Source: Octopus sinensis
Taxonomy: Eukaryota
Direction of reading: 5' to 3'
Assembly (NCBI RefSeq): GCF_006345805.1
Contig: NC_042998.1
Coordinates: 50,530,001 to 50,594,000, forward strand
DNA length: 64,000 nt
In this document: positions 62,880-64,000 of the stretch, piece after piece
Layout: the number at the start of each line of letters is the position of its first letter
Position numbering within the stretch: the stretch's first letter is position 1
The notes under the pieces: generated by a model
Told to the model about the DNA's origin: nothing
The model's database searches: none
What the model saw: the letters and a program-made list of their open reading frames with translations, nothing else
Made by a program: the position numbers and the translations under genes

Positions 62880-63300
62880 CTTTCTTCTTTCTTATTTGTG
62901 TGTCTTTCCTTACTAACGATCAACCATTTTTGTCGTAAGTCCATAGACTCTAGCTCCTATACATTAGTATAGAGTGTTTTTCATCCAAATGGCTTCGCCG
63001 TCGTGGATTAGGAATTCTCATGCACGAAAGATGTTATCAATTTATGTATCTTCATTATTATGTCTTCGGTATAGTTCAAGAATGTATTGGTAGCAATCTT
63101 TAATATTAAAGTATAAAAAGTTGCAGTTGTTTTACGTGTTGTAGTCGTGAATCACTGTATGTAATTTAGATGTTATTACACAGTAGTATAATACAATTTG
63201 TTTCATGCGTAGGCATAGAATGTGTTTGCGTATGATATCAATGTCAGTTTTAGTAAGGTTGACTATTCAAACGGAAAGGTTATACCTAAAATTATTTTCA
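62880..63300 (-). pseudogene. Possible decayed Penelope ORF 3' end directly upstream of the HHR
   Basis: The - frame gives ..GEAIWMKNTLY*CIGARVYGLTTK, echoing the E..WI..L......GL end of PLE endonucleases; it has several stops. Confidence 0.3.
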
Positions 63301-63361
63301 TGATATTTAAATGTGAAATGTGTGTGTCTCAGTGCAAGTTGATCGATTCTAACATGAAAGA

Positions 63362-63362
63362 C

Positions 63363-63450
<88 letters not shown>
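63362..63450. repeat. (GATA)n microsatellite
   Basis: Direct reading. Confidence 0.98.
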
Positions 63451-63639
63451 GAATAACTTGGTAGGTGAGTAGGAAGGTAGAAAGATTAGATAGATAGATA
63501 GAAATCATTTTAGCACGAATGATTTTCGCATTAAGTATAGAATTAGTTTTTTTAAAATCGGTGCTGTGTGGGCTTATCTATTTCAAAGCGTTCTTCCATT
63601 TAATGTGTGTATGCGTGCGCGGCGCGCTATACATATATT

Positions 63640-63684
<45 letters not shown>

Positions 63685-63735
63685 TATGTATATATCTATA
63701 TGTCCCAATAGATCGATCAATAGACAGATAGATAC

Positions 63736-63767
<32 letters not shown>

Positions 63768-63768
63768 C

Positions 63769-63837
<69 letters not shown>

Positions 63838-64000
63838 GGGGAGAGAGAGCAAAGAGTGAGATGGATAACTAGATAGGCTGGTAGTGAGATAGCTGCTTCT
63901 GTACTAGATAGGTATTGAAAATAAAATGACTTAAAAGTACTTATATATCTGTTCAAAGAAGCGTCGGTAATTCGCTCGCACCTTCACATCAATAAATTGT

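Overview
AT-rich, repeat-saturated eukaryotic DNA, intergenic or intronic. I could not support any intact host gene, rRNA, true tRNA or CRISPR array. The SINE families and microsatellite load look like a coleoid cephalopod (Octopus-like); this is an unverified inference. Nearly all ORFs in the track are microsatellite read-throughs. Real content: (i) dozens of tRNA-derived SINE copies from at least four families (called A, B, C, D here); (ii) decayed LINE pieces (CR1-type, Tx1/L1-type ORF1 and ORF2 end, R4-type, RTE-type); (iii) two internally deleted Tc1/mariner transposons; (iv) a near-identical ~840 bp tandem array; (v) about a dozen short inverted/direct-repeat cassettes of Penelope-like (PLE) architecture, mostly next to (TA)n. 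Headline: folded by hand, these cassettes carry minimal type I hammerhead ribozyme (HHR) motifs from about ten mutually unrelated sequence families. Almost every family has its own self-complementary stem III. One family has a reciprocal G3-C8 core swap, and one HHR tail seems fused to a tRNA-headed SINE. PLE-borne HHRs are known in general; the density, the diversity and these variants are what merit follow-up. The window also shows two probable LINE-SINE 3'-tail partnerships (CR1 with SINE B, Tx1 with SINE A). All folds and alignments were done by eye, and repeat boundaries are approximate.
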